A stretch of DNA of 64,000 nt, taken from assembly GCA_028023455.1 (NCBI GenBank), contig JAQFVV010000007.1, positions 10,540,001-10,604,000 of the forward strand, given 5' to 3'. Source of the stretch: Epiperipatus broadwayi. Its lineage: Eukaryota > Animalia > Onychophora. Positions 27,176 to 40,285 of the stretch are shown in pieces. Within the stretch, counting starts at the first letter, position 1. Each line of letters begins with the position of its first letter. The position numbers were made by a program, and so were the translations under genes. The notes under the pieces are model-generated. The model had not been told where the DNA came from, did no database searches, and saw nothing but the letters and a program-made list of their open reading frames with translations.

Positions 27176-28081
27176 TTAAACCTCTAAACATCATATGATC
27201 ACCATTTCTTATGTTTGCACATGACCATTATTAACTCTTCATACAGTAGTGCCACTCAGTGCCAGCCAGAGTAATCAATCCCCATCTAGTACCTATTCAT
27301 CCAATATCCCCAGACTAGTTTCTGGCTTGTGGCCTTCATCAGTGAGGAGCCTTGGATATGAGAGCACTGCATCTAGATCTTAGGATCTAATGCAACTCTC
27401 CAGCAGCCATCTTTTATCTTTACTCAACTACAAAACTATGTGAATAAAATTGAAAACAATAATATTTTCAATTTCAGCTCAACAGCTTATATAGTCATAT
27501 GGGTCTGAACTCAGGTAAGTACCCATACATTTTGGTGTCTTTGGTTTTTTAATAACCATAGCCACCACTATCCTATTATGCAGGATTGGTGTTAAACCAC
27601 TAAACATCACATAATCACCATTTCCTATGCTTGCATATAGCTGTTATTAAAGCAGGCAAAACTTTCCATACAGTAGTGCCACTCAGTGCCAGCAAGAGTA
27701 ATCAATCCTGCCTAATAGGATAGTGATGGCTATGGTTATTAAAGACACCAAAATGTATGGGTACTGAACTGATTTCAGACCCATATGACCCTATAAGCTT
27801 TTTTGAGTTTGTGTTTTCAATTTTATTTTCATGGTTTTGTAGTTAAGTAGAGATAAAAGATGGCTGCTGGAGGGTTACATTAGATTCTAAGATCTAGGTG
27901 CAGTGATCTCAGATCCAAGACTTCTCAATGATGAAGGCCACATGCCAGAAACTAGTCTGGGGATATTGGATGAATAGGCACTAGATGGAGATTTTATGCA
28001 CAAGTCTTCTGGCATCCATTGATTACTCTGGATGGCACTGAGTGGCCCTACTGTATGGAGAGTTTTGCCTGTTTTAATAAG
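27176..28081. mobile_element. Largest family A insertion: ~1.3 tandem minus-strand units (period 416 bp with internal deletions) plus an inverted plus-strand unit
   Basis: gtgttaaa at 27173 and 27589; inverted copy ~27710-28080. Flanked by acaaagtgtta / acaaagtgcta (27168-27178, 28082-28092). Confidence 0.9.
27307..27348 (-). ncRNA. Minimal type I hammerhead ribozyme motif (family A), intact apart from the A.A at the base of stem II
   Basis: Reverse complement reads tcctca CTGATGA a ggc cacaa gcc a GAAA CTAG TC tgggga. Confidence 0.75.
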
Positions 28082-28239
28082 ACAAAGTGCTATTCAATGA
28101 GGTATTTTTAAAAATTATTTTTGACAAAGGAAGGAAAATATAAGCTACTTTCAATTAACATTTTGTGGGCTTGACAAGTTCTCTTTCAGTGTTTGCAAAG
28201 ATATGAGAGAATGCACTTGCCCTGCATTTAAAATCTGTT

Positions 28240-29420
28240 TCTGATAACATTATTACTTCTTTTGAAGGTGAATGTTATAGTAATGTTTAAAGATTGGCTT
28301 ATGGGTCTGCCTGTTATTGTAAAAGCTTGCAATTTTGTTTTGTCTACATATGAGAGTAAAATTTTAGATATGCATACTTTTAAATATATTAAAATTCTCA
28401 AAAGATATGTGAATGCTATTTTTGTTTGCGGATATACCAATACTATAAATTTGCCTGTAGAAGAGTTAAATAATTTGAATGGTTTGAAATGGACTATTGA
28501 AAAAGAACATGACATAAGTATTAAGTATTTGAATTTATTTATTACAAGAGATAGTGGTTATGCTAAGTTATAAATTAGTAATCAAACCATTGTAAAAAAA
28601 AGGAATATATAAATTGTAAATCAAAAGTACCAATTATGAATAAGATGGCAAGTTTTATATTTTTATTGTTTTATAGTGATAAATTATGTCATTACCAACG
28701 TGATAAATTAAAAAAAAAAATTGAACATTTGTAAAGGAATTGTTTGAAGTTTGTTTTAAAATTGAACAAATGAATAATACTTAATGTCAATTTAAAAGGA
28801 AGTATAATGCTTTAAAAGAGTTGAAGATTGAAAATAAAAAATGGATATCTATTTCATATATTTCAAATGCTCAAGTGAAATTTTTTAAGGATATATATAA
28901 GGATGTGTTTAATGTTTCATTTTATGTTACAAATAATGTTAATAAGTTAGATAAAAATTCTAAAAGTGCTATACCTATCAAGTAAAAATGTAGTGTTGTT
29001 TATCAAATTTTTTATGCATGTATGTTATTAATATAGTTGAATTGAAATGGAGTATTGAAAAAAGATTAAAGTGGTCACAACTGTTATATAGGCATATAAA
29101 AAGTAGAAATAATAAATGAATGATTGCTTCAGTTTTCTTGGATCATGAGAGAACATGCAAATGTGAATTTAAGTTTGATCTGGAAAATGTTAAGATTCTT
29201 CATGAAGAGACAAGCCATAATAAAAGAAAAATTAAGGAGGCAATTTTCATAAATAGAAATAAAATGAATATAATTAATAGATTAAACCACTAATGTTAAA
29301 ATTCAGGAATCCTGGGATATGAGTTGATGACATTCATTTACATCATGGTTTTTAAATTTAACAGCAGTTGAGGAGGATTAAGGAATTAACCAAAAGTACT
29401 TCTGCAGATTGAAAGACTAT
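28240..29420 (+). mobile_element. Decayed Penelope-like element: RT C-terminal half, GIY-YIG endonuclease and 3' pseudo-LTR
   Basis: ORF 28262-28573 has PLE RT-like motifs (LMGLP..ACNF..YE; KRYVNAIF for RYVDD; LKWTIEKE..IKYLNLFITR). The 28980-29280 segment gives CSVVYQI..KRL..HERTCKC.FKFDLENVKILHEE...RKIKEAIFI. Confidence 0.85.
29364..29405 (+). ncRNA. Decayed hammerhead motif just downstream of the Penelope ORF
   Basis: gcag TTGAGGA gg(a)ttaa-ggaa-ttaacc AAAA gtac TT ctgc. C3>T and G12>A relative to the canonical core; palindromic AGTACT stem III. Confidence 0.55.
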
Positions 29421-29857
29421 GTATAATAGTTAATCACCATTATATTTATTATTTTTATTCTTATATATATATATATATCAATTATATGTAATTATAACCA
29501 TGCTTTTTACATAAATAAAATATTAAGAATAGTAAAATAACCTTAATGCATTTTTGTTGTGAAAGTACTCAATTCAATTACAAACAATATACCCCAAATA
29601 AAAAAAAAGTGTCCATATAATATCTGCATTTGAAAATAGTGTTTGACACCAAAAGAGATTATTTGTATGTTCTTAGTATTTTATTAGTGTAAAAAGTAGT
29701 GTTATAATTGTATATAGTTTATTACCTTTCAATGAGTTTTCATATACATATAAACAGCATATCAACTTATGGTTAAAACTTATCTGTCACACTTTTTAGT
29801 ATTACAGAGAAATGAATGGAAAAGAAAAACACTTTTTTTATGTGTTATTATTTCTAC

Positions 29858-31016
29858 AGAACATGCTGGATTTAAAAGTGGTTTAAGTACAGTAGATCAT
29901 ATCCAGGTATTGAGAGAAGTTATAGAAAGGACAAATGAATATGAGTTGCTATTATGCTTTGGATTTGTAGATTATGAGACGGCATTTGATTCTATAAACA
30001 TTTCTTCAGTGATTAAAGCATTGGATCATCAAGGTATAGGTACAGGATATTGTCATATTTTAAAGAATATTTATAAAAATGCAATAGCAACAATTAGATT
30101 ACATAAAGTCAACATTGAGAAGGGTGTAAGATAGGGTGACTCCATATCACTTTTTACAGCAGTGTTGCAAGAAGTATTTTGTGGATTAAAATGGAAAGCT
30201 AAAGAAGTGAAAGTAAATGGAGATTATTTAAGTCATTTAGATTTTGCAGATGATATAGTTGTTTTTGCAAATAATGCTTTAGAGCTGCAGGAAATGTTGC
30301 AGGAGTTATCAGATAAAAGTAGGAAAGTGGAACTAAAGATAAATGTTAAAAAGACTAAAGTAATGTTTAATGGATTTTTTCAAAATATGAAAATAAAGAT
30401 TGATTATGATCAGTTAAAAGAAGTTAACAGTCACAAATACCTTGGTCAGATTATTAATACAGATGGAAATATAATGGATGAAATTAATCATAAAATTAAA
30501 CTTGGTTGGAGTGCTTTTGGTAGAAATAACTTGATACTAAAAGGAAATATGCCTATGTGTTTGAAAAGGAAAGTTTTTAATAAATATGTTTTACCAGTTC
30601 TTACTTATGGATCTGAGACTTGGACACTTAAGAAAAAGCAATACAGAGACTTCAGACCAGTCAAAAAAGTATGGAGAGATCCATGTTGGGAATAACAAGA
30701 AGAGATTGGAAACACAATATATGGGTAAGAGAACAAACAGGTGTTACTGACCTCATTGAAAAAATTAAATGATTGAAGTGGAGTTAGGCTGGACATATTG
30801 CTAGAAGAGATAATAATAGATGGACAATAGAAATCTTAAACAGGATACCAAGAGATTGTAAAAGACCCAGAAAGAGACCACATGTGAGATAGATGGATAA
30901 AATAAGAAAATGTGCAGGGGTGATGTGGAGAAGAGAAGCTAAAGATCAGAGAAAATGGATTAGAGAGGCCTTCATCCTGCAGTCGATTGATAATGGTTGA
31001 TGATGATGATGATGAT
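29858..31016 (+). mobile_element. 5'-truncated RTE LINE (RT domain to (TGA)n tail)
   Basis: EHAGFKSGLSTVDHIQVLREVIERTNEY and HLDFADD; frameshifts and stops; tail gataatggttgatgatgat. Confidence 0.95.
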
Positions 31017-31049
31017 TTTTAACCATAGCATTCCCATGTTTAAATCTAC

Positions 31050-32300
31050 AATGAAATTTGTCCGTATTTCTCCCAATATATCAAAATATGTATAATTGCT
31101 AAGATTTTCTAACATATTCAACTGGATGTATTATTCTTAATGACATCTAAAGTACATTGATTACAATTCATTGTGAAATTTAGATAACTATTGCATTGTT
31201 TTAGATAGAGATACTATCATTTAGAAATTTCTTAATGATCTTATAATTTAATATTTTTATGAAATATTGCTACTATTGATCTTTATGTCTTTTCTTTTGA
31301 AAACTTATAATCACTTTCGCTTACTTCTTTTTAAATCACAGTTCATTCTATATTACATTTAGATTCTTTTCACATTTTTTTTTTAGTTTTGGAATTATAA
31401 TAACGTACTTTTTTAATTGTATATTTTTTCGTTTGTATTAAAGCGTTGGTTATTCTAGATAATAATTACAAATAATTTCATCTTTATTACTATTCTTTTA
31501 TTAACAGTCTGATCTTTAGGAGTATGTCTTAAGTTGTTTTTTTTCTCTCTTTTTTTTTACAAGGACAGATTATCTTAATTCTGCGCAACTCTCAATGAGG
31601 AAGGCCAACAGCTTTTATGTAGGGATGCTTTCCTCTACAAAGGCCGTTTTTATGGCAGTTCAAGGAGTGTTTTCTGTTTCTGTTAAAACAGATCGGCTAT
31701 GGAAAGGGAGTGGAAGGGAGAAAGAATTGAGGCTAAACACTAATAGCCGTTACTTTTTTTTTTTTTTTACTTTTGTAAAAGGTACCATTACAAAACGTAT
31801 TATATTTTATTCTATGATAAAAAAATAATTCTATGTATTTTTTTTACTTCGATGATTATTACTAGTGACTAATATAATTTACGAACCATTTAATGAAAGC
31901 TTACATTTAGCGTATTTTATTTATTTAACTAAATTTTATATAACCCAGCATTTTTAAAAGTATAGATCTTCAAATTGTAGTGAAAATATTATTTATACAA
32001 CTTTGTTAAATTTTGAGGTAATAATTTAAACATCAATATAGAATGTATATATTGCAAAAACGAAATTATTTTTTAAAAAACAGGAAAAGCATAAGTTTAC
32101 TTTCAAATAATTTTAAAAATACTTATTTAGTGTATAAAATTTTATTAATACGGTTTAACTATTAATAAAATATTGTAAAGAAATCTGTAGAGACTTGACC
32201 AGAAAATAGACTGACTAACGACTTTTTTAAGTTCTTCAATTCTATAGCTGTAAATTCGGCAGTCATTGACTATATGATCGGTGGTTTGTATTTGCTCACA
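31050..32300. promoter_or_regulatory. CpG-retaining non-repetitive region, possible enhancer or promoter
   Basis: Elevated CpG frequency and a higher-complexity core at 31560-31750. Confidence 0.3.
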
Positions 32301-35300
32301 TCTTTATAGTTCAGTGACTATATTAAATTCCATTTATAAAGCAAATGTGTGCAGTGATTATAGATTGTTCTGAATCTGTTGATGAGATTTTAATAATATC
32401 TAGTAAGGTCAAATCCTACTAGCTTTATTGTTAGCGCTGGCAAAATAAATGAGTTTGAAATGTCATAAAAATCTTATTTTTTTATGCCATTATTCTTGGG
32501 TTATAGATTTTTGGTTGTACATATAAAAAACCAAATATATACATAAAGAAAATATTATATGATATCAATATTCAAATAAATAATTATTTAAATTTATTTA
32601 CACACTTGATTCTGTATGAAGTGAGAACAAATTAGAGTTATTTTTAGACATAAAATAACTTATACCACTCATATAGATATTCACTTTTCTGGTAAAGTAT
32701 AAAATATATATATATAGGTGTGGTAAAATATATTGCAAGCTATGGAAAGCTAATAGTGATGATAATCAGGCATTTCTTGGTCATAGTATCTTGATGCCTA
32801 ATTAATTTATCTGCCTTTCAATACGAACTTAGCATACATCTATATTGGAATAAGCATTTAAAAGTAATAACACATGGATGGCACAATCAATAAATTGTAA
32901 AAGCTTGGTTAATAAAAAACATTTTTCTTTTTCTAATGTATTGAATATCAATATCATAATCATAGCTATGAAGTAATCATTTTTAGAAAAAAAATGCTAA
33001 TAATGTCTGTATATGAAAGGAAAAACATTATTAATTATAACTTTATTCAATAATTATTTGTACAATAGCTAGTAAATAAATGGCAGATTTGGAAAATATT
33101 ATGTGGAGAATTATTTCAGTGTGAACACAAAACAATTTATTTTAAATCTTCATTTAATATAAATATATTCAACAGTAGATTATATATTTGCAAGAATTTG
33201 AATTTAACTTTTCAAAAGTGTATTGGCATCATTATTGTCATCATCATCATCATCATCATCATCAATCTCTTGCTAATAAGAATATGTTATTCCAATTCCA
33301 AAAGAAAAAAGATGAAAAACATAACATATTAGAGGTCAGTTTTGTGGTGACCATACAAACCAATGTGTAAACACACAAATTTATCCACATTTAGGACATG
33401 ATCCCTTTTTCTGTTAATTTGATATTGTGTGTGGCTGTCTTTTAACCACTTCTACAACAAACTATTTGAAATATTTCAACACTTTAATCATAACTTTCCA
33501 GTGTATTCTATCTTCTGCCATGTCTTCACATCAACATTCTACTTCTTTGGAATGTCTTTGAGATAACTTTTGATATATGTAAAGATAATCATATTTGCAA
33601 GTTTATTTTAAAATGGTTCTTTAGAATCTGCTTGCAATTTGTCCTAAAAGCATATTCAAACATGGGGTCTGTGAAGGATTTATGTTCCCAATCATTGCAT
33701 TTTTGATCAGCAGTAAAAATTAATTATGTGTGATTAAAATTAGTAGTATTTTATTAGAAACAATATGCTAATTTGATTGATGTTCAAAATGAAATCATTG
33801 TTTATATAAAGTTTTGGTCTTTTTGGCTGTCAATGCTTGATTTATTTGCAGTAGTCATATGGCATATGAAAAAGATACATCACTTTATTTGACAAAATAC
33901 ATTTGCATTGATATATGAAAGAGTAAACAAACATATTTGCAAGTTTAGTAAAAATGTTTTTTTAGAATCTGCTCATAATTTATTTTAGAAACATATTTGG
34001 AAGTGATTGTTCTGGGAAGGACTTTTGTAAGGTAAATAGAAACCCTCTTCCATAAAAACCATGTTTAAGTTTACTGTTAAACATTCTTTTAGAAGGTGCA
34101 GTAAAAAGAAAATTAATTGGTATTCTTAAATGAAGGTTTGATGCTAATTTGACTTACTATAGATCAACACAATAGTATATAAACTATTTTTTCCCAGAAA
34201 TTATTGCTAAATTATGCAAGATCTGATCTGATACTTTGGTGCATTGCTTTATTATATATACTTTAATGGTACATGAGTTGTTTAATGTATGAAGTTGATT
34301 CTAATCTGTAATAAAAATTTCTTGTATAAATAATGAAACTTTTATGACCATTTAAGTCTATTTTATATTAATATAAATGAATTAATGTGAAAAAGAGGCT
34401 CAATAACAATATATATAAAAAACCAAGTGGCAATTTTATTAATTTTAAAACATATTGTAATAATGAATTTATCTATAATCTCAGGATAATTATAATACTT
34501 ATTTAAGCCTGACATGTGGTTAAATCTGTTTTACTAAGTGGGTATAGAGAAATAAAACAGATACAAAATCAGTTAATGGAAAATCATTCACATTTTTATT
34601 TACAATAATCTGACATGAATAACTAATATAGAGATGAGCTTATTATATTTTAATAACTTCAATTAAAACATGAATATAGGTTATAAAATTATTTACAAGA
34701 ATTGATCAGTGTAAACATCAAATTAAATCTTCTCATAAATCCAGATAAATGCTGAAGAGAGAGAAATCAAACAGAAGGATATTTGTAAGTTACCTCTTTA
34801 ATTTTCTAATCTTAATAATTACTAATCCTTTGGTTTGCTTCACTGTAAAAGAAACACACACACATATAATATGTTATCTGATTAATCTACTGTTACACAT
34901 ATGCTATCGATTGTATATGTGCACATCAAAATTAATTGCTTGGCTTGATGGTGCTTCTTTAGGAATTCTAAATATTAAAACAAAATACATATAATAAATA
35001 AAAATTTAAATTCTTTATTATTATTCATTAAAGTACACACACTTTTTTTAAATCAATGTAAAAATTCTATGTTTCAATCTCCAGGAATAGCAAAGTTTAC
35101 ATTAAAGGCAATCGAAATTCTTTAATATTGTGATTTGACCTTGATGGGATTTTACTCTCTTTGCAGTTTTAGAAGGATGATGCAATGCTTCTGAGAAATT
35201 TAAGCTTGCTTAATGTTTGAAAAGTAAATACTTATTCCCTAAAACTTTCTTTAGTCCATAGACCTGTTTCTATAAAATGATCTTTTTATTTAAATTTCTT

Positions 35301-35859
35301 GAACAAATTTTATGAGGTGAAATTACTGCTAAGATGATGTTTCTTTTGGAGTATAGATGAAATCTCAGCAGCATTAGCAGATCTTTGGAAAGAATCAAAC
35401 AATAGACAGCTCTTTTTACTCCATTAACTTTTCAGCAGGACATTCTTTTAAGTGTTACCACTTCAAATGTTTTATATCTTTGTGGCTGAGTTGGATGTCT
35501 GAGGTTCATATTGGATAGATTAGAAGTAAGCAAAACTTCATTTCTTTAATATATTTGCCCACTTTCATTGTAAGTATACATAAGCATTGTTCTTGGACTT
35601 CTAGAAGTGATAAAACATATTGTTTGATTGCCTTATAGAAAATTTACAGAGAAGTACACACCCTTCAAAAATTAATATTTAGAACTCCAGAGATTAAACA
35701 AAATATTTTTAAGATAATTTAAATAATTGTACACAAAAATTATGTGAATATTGAATAAATGAACTCTTAAAGATATACATGTTTATTTAATATTCTAGTT
35801 AAATTTATACATACATAAATAATATAATTCAGCTTATTATAATTACAATTTGGATTATG

Positions 35860-36415
35860 ATATATGAATTTTTTCCACAGTACAGGTTTTTTCATACCTG
35901 CACTCCAATATGTAATATATAGGATTTGAACTCAGACTTTCACACAACCCTCAACTATCCATGCTATCTCATACTGCTGATACACTTGATCACACGCATG
36001 TTGAAAAGATAATCACATATACATATTTTGTGCTAAACCAGTACTTGTCAGTTGGTCCAGATCATCATCTCTACCCATATATGCAATTGATGCTCAACTT
36101 ATATTAAAATTGCCAATATTCATACTTTAATGGACAGACTTCAATCCACTCCACCCCACAACTTTTCAGCCATCCATTTCATTGAAAATCTGATGATAGA
36201 ACACCCAAAGCCCACATTGGTGCCAACCTTCTCATATTATCCATGTTGACCATAAGTCATTCTGACCCCTCATGTATAGGACATAATTCATTTACATACA
36301 TATATGACGGATGGGCAGATCTTAAAGCACTATATTTCAATATATGATTTTTTTCTACAGTACAGGCTTTTTTTATATCTGCACTCCAATATGTAATATA
36401 TAGAGGATTTGAACA
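35860..36415 (-). mobile_element. Family D unit (~475 bp) with ~80-bp terminal direct repeats and a decayed HHR at 36012-36056
   Basis: acagtacagg.ttttt.ata.ctgcactccaatatgtaatatata is repeated at ~35877 and ~36357. Minus strand reads CTGACAA gtactg gtt tagcac AAAA tatgtata T. Confidence 0.65.
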
Positions 36416-37067
36416 ATTATGATAAAATTTCTCTTATTTATAATTCATTTTGTTATAAACACTCTAAAAGTATTTGTTGATTAACTAAAAACCACCAAAA
36501 GAAAAAAAAACTTGCATGAAATGAAATAATGAAATATATATATAATTTTTTTTACTCCCATACATCTAACATAGGGATATTGTTATAATATATACTGTTA
36601 TGAAATTTAATATATAAATTGGAACAATAATTATAATTTTAAATTTTTTTATTGGCTTATCAATGTTGCAACTATTATTTATTATTAATATTATTGTTAT
36701 GATTGCTGCAGATAATATTAAATTTATATTAATATTATTATTACTATTATCTTATAAGATGAATTATTAAACTGATCCAAGATGTTTTCTTATACATATT
36801 TTATAAATATAGCTTTATTAAATATGTACAGAATTTTTTTTATTATCATGGTTTATATTTAGCTATAAAAAATACTCACATACATAAAATTAATTTAAAA
36901 AAAAACAATACATAGAATAAAAAATTTATAATACTAACAATAATAAGAATACATTATTTAAAAATAATATTAGTATAATAACATTATTAGATTAGTGTAC
37001 ACATAGGATTAAAATTACACTTAATAATTACAGAAAGTTTACACATAATATTTAAATATATATGTGT

Positions 37068-37235
37068 GGCTGCAGAAAGGAGTTTGCTATTAACTGAAAG
37101 GAGACCCTTTGATTCCTCTTGGAGGCCTTAAAGGAACTGAGCAGGGCAAATTCCTAATGTCCACTCCATACGTTCTTGTCGTTACAGCTGTTATTACTAT
37201 GTGATTATTCATATAGTATACGAACATGGATGGGC
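37068..37235 (+). ncRNA. HDV-like (CPEB3-type) self-cleaving ribozyme at the RTE 5' end
   Basis: P1 ggctgca/tacagct (one mismatch); P1.2 ggagtttgc/gcaaattcc; P2 tccat/atgga; P3 acg/cgt; L3 ttcttgt; GT; P4 hairpin 37192-37220; J4/2 CGAAC with catalytic C at 37221. G1 is the first base after the TSD. Confidence 0.85.
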
Positions 37236-37393
37236 TGCTTACCAACACGCATTAGCCAGCGTGGTGAGTTTATTGGCTTTTTTCCTATGAGTTTAAGATC
37301 AAGAAACACCATGGTCTTTCTTCTCAGTGCCTGATAAGGCAGAATGAATGTTTGTGTAAATGATAAATATTTTTCCAATACATATATACAATT

Positions 37394-40285
37394 ATGACAG
37401 ACAAAAATAAAGCATGGCCCTTATTCCCCGGAGGCTGTAAAGTCACCAACCAAGGCAGTGATTGGTGGCTGAAGGCGGAGGGTGCTAAGAATCCCCTGAT
37501 TGCAGACCCAGGCTGCCATTTGATGATGACTTTTTATTTAGGTACTTACAACTGCAGATCACTTCCAAGTGAAGGAAGATTGCAAGAATTAGAAGAAGAA
37601 CTGTCTTATATTAAATGGGACATTATTGGACTTTGTGAAGTTAGAAGAAAAGGAGAAGAAACAATTGATTTAAAAAGTGGACATATACTCTATTATAAAG
37701 GCACACATATTGGAAATACAAGTGGAGTAGGATTCATTATAAATAAAAAGTGGAAGCACAATATTGTGGAGATTGATGGTGTATCGGACAGAGTGGCAAG
37801 ATTAGTTATACAACTTAATAGCAGATACCAAATGCAGATAATTCAGGTTTATGCCCCAACAAGTTCTCATAGTGATGAAGTAGTAGAAGATTTTTATATG
37901 GATGTACAAAAGGCTTTTGATCAGAGTAAACAACATTTTAAAATTGTTATGGGAGACTTTAATGCTAGAATTGGTAGACAAATGAAAGATGAAATTGCTG
38001 TAGGTAATTTTGGTTATGGTAATAGAAATGAGAGAGGACATAGACTTGTGGAGTTTGCAGAAAAAGAAAAACTTTATATTATGAATTCATTTTTTGAGAA
38101 AAATGTTAAAAGGAAATGGACATGGAAGCATCCAAATGAAGGTACAGCAGAATTAGATTATATTTTGACTAACAGAAAATACATATTTCAAGATTGTAAT
38201 GTAGAGAGACAAAAATTATTAAGAAAAACAATATTTACAGTTGATATTCCTAATCTTGAGAAACATTCTAATGAATTTAAATTAGAACTTACAAATAGGT
38301 TTCAAGTGTTAGGAGATTTTGAACATGATTCAGATTTGAATGAAATTAATATGAAAATAACTGATACACTTTTAAAAACTGCAACAAACATAGCTGGTAG
38401 AAAAAAGCAGCAATTGACTAATAAAATTTCTACTGAGACTAGAGAATTTATGAAGAAAAGAAGGAATATGAAGATATACAAAAATGATGTATTAAAAAGA
38501 ATTGAATATCTCGAATTTTGTAAAATGGTACGGAAAAGAGTTGAAAATGATATAAGAAAGTATAACTGTGAAATAGCAAGGAAAGTTGTAGAAGAAAATA
38601 GAAGTCTCAAAAATGTTAAACAACATTTTGGTATTGGTAGGAAATTTATATCTGCAATAAGAAAAAAAGATAAAATTATTATTAAAAAGAAAGATGACAT
38701 CATGAAATTGGTAGAAGATTTTTATCAAGAATTATATAGTAATAAAGAACAAGTACATCCTATATCTATGACATCTTCCGAATTGCCCAGAATTTTAAAT
38801 GAAGAAGTGAGACATGTAATTAAGTGTATGAAAAAAGAAAAGGCTCCAGGAAATGATGGAATTATAATTGATATATTAAAAGAAGCAGGTGAAGAAATAG
38901 AAACAATTTTAGAAAAGTTATATACCAAATGTCTAAATGATAAAGATGTACCAGAAGATTGGAAGAATGCAGTAATAATATTAATATTTAAAAAAGGTGA
39001 TAAAGAAGATATTAGAAATTACAGACCTATCAGCCTTTTATCAGTTTTATATAAAATTTTTACCAAGATAATTACAACTCGTCTACAGTGAACTTTGGAT
39101 TTCCACCAACCAAGAGAACAAGCTGGATTTAAAAGTGGTTTTAGTACAACAGATCATATCCAGGTATTGAGAGAAGTCATAGAAAGGACAAACGAATATG
39201 AGTTGTCATTATGTTTTGGATTTGTAGATTATGAAAAGGCATTCAATTCTATACCGATTACTTCAGTGATTAAAGCATTGGATCATCAAGGTATAGATCC
39301 AGGATATTGTCATATTTTAAAGAATATTTATAAAAATGCAATAGCAACAATTAGATTACATAATGATACTGGAAAAATCAACATTGAGAAAGGTATAAGA
39401 CAAGGTGACTCCATATCTCCAAAACTCTTTACAGTAGTGCTGCAAGAAGTATTTTGTGGATTAAAATGGGAAACTAAAGGAGTGAAAGTAAATGGAGAGT
39501 ATTTAAGTCATTTAGATTTCGCAGATGATGTAGTTGTTTTTGAAAATAATGCTTCAGAGCTGTAGGAAATGTTTCAGGAGTTAGCAGATGAAAGTAGAAA
39601 AGTAGGACTAAAGATAAATGTTAAAAAGACTAAAGTAATGTTTAATCGATTTGCTCAAAATATGAAAAAAAAGATTGATTATGAAGAATTAGAAAAAGTT
39701 AACAGTTACAAATACCTTGGTCAGATTATTAATACAGATGGAAACATAATGGAGGAAATTAATCATAGAATTAAACTTGGTTGGAGTGCTTTTGGTAGAA
39801 ATAACTTGATACTAAAAGGAAATATGCCTATGTGTTTGAATAGGATGGTTTTTAACAAATGTGTTTTACCAGTTCTTACTTATGGATCTGAGACTTGGAC
39901 ACTTAATAGAAGAGCAATACAGAGACTTCAGATCACTCAAAGGAGTATGGAGAGAAGTATGTTGGGAGTAACAAGAAGAGATCGAAAATGCAATGTATGG
40001 GTAAGACAACAAACAGGTGTTACTGACCTTATTGAAAAAATTAAAAGATTGAAATGGAGTTGGGCTGGACATATTGCTAGAAGAGATGATAATAGATGGA
40101 CAATTGAAATTTTAAACTGGATTCCAAGAGATTGTAAAAGACCCAGAAAGAGACCACATGTGAGATGGATGGATGAAATAAGAAAATGTGCAGGGGTGTT
40201 GTGGAGAAGAGAAGCTAAAGATCGGAGAAGATGGATTAAACTTGGGGACACCTTCATCCTGCAGTGGATTGATAATGGTCAATGA
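37394..40285 (+). pseudogene. RTE APE-RT ORF, single frame with two nonsense codons (TGA 39089-39091, TAG 39563-39565)
   Basis: APE motifs GTYNCR, DIIGLCE, QVYAPT, MGDFNA, LDYIL (SDH motif missing); RT motifs [34 protein letters not shown]. The three ORF-track segments are in frame. Confidence 0.95.

Noticed and set aside
33230-33264. Poly-His ORF 33188-33370
   Set aside because: (CAT)n microsatellite, possibly the reverse of an RTE (TGA)n tail.
37410-37500. Second possible HDV fold (ttattccccgg...gctaagaat) in the RTE leader
   Set aside because: P1/P3/P1.1 cannot be formed consistently; the 37068 fold explains the 5' end.
37802-40257. Minus-strand ORFs overlapping the RTE
   Set aside because: Antisense shadows of the AT-rich RTE ORF with no independent motifs.
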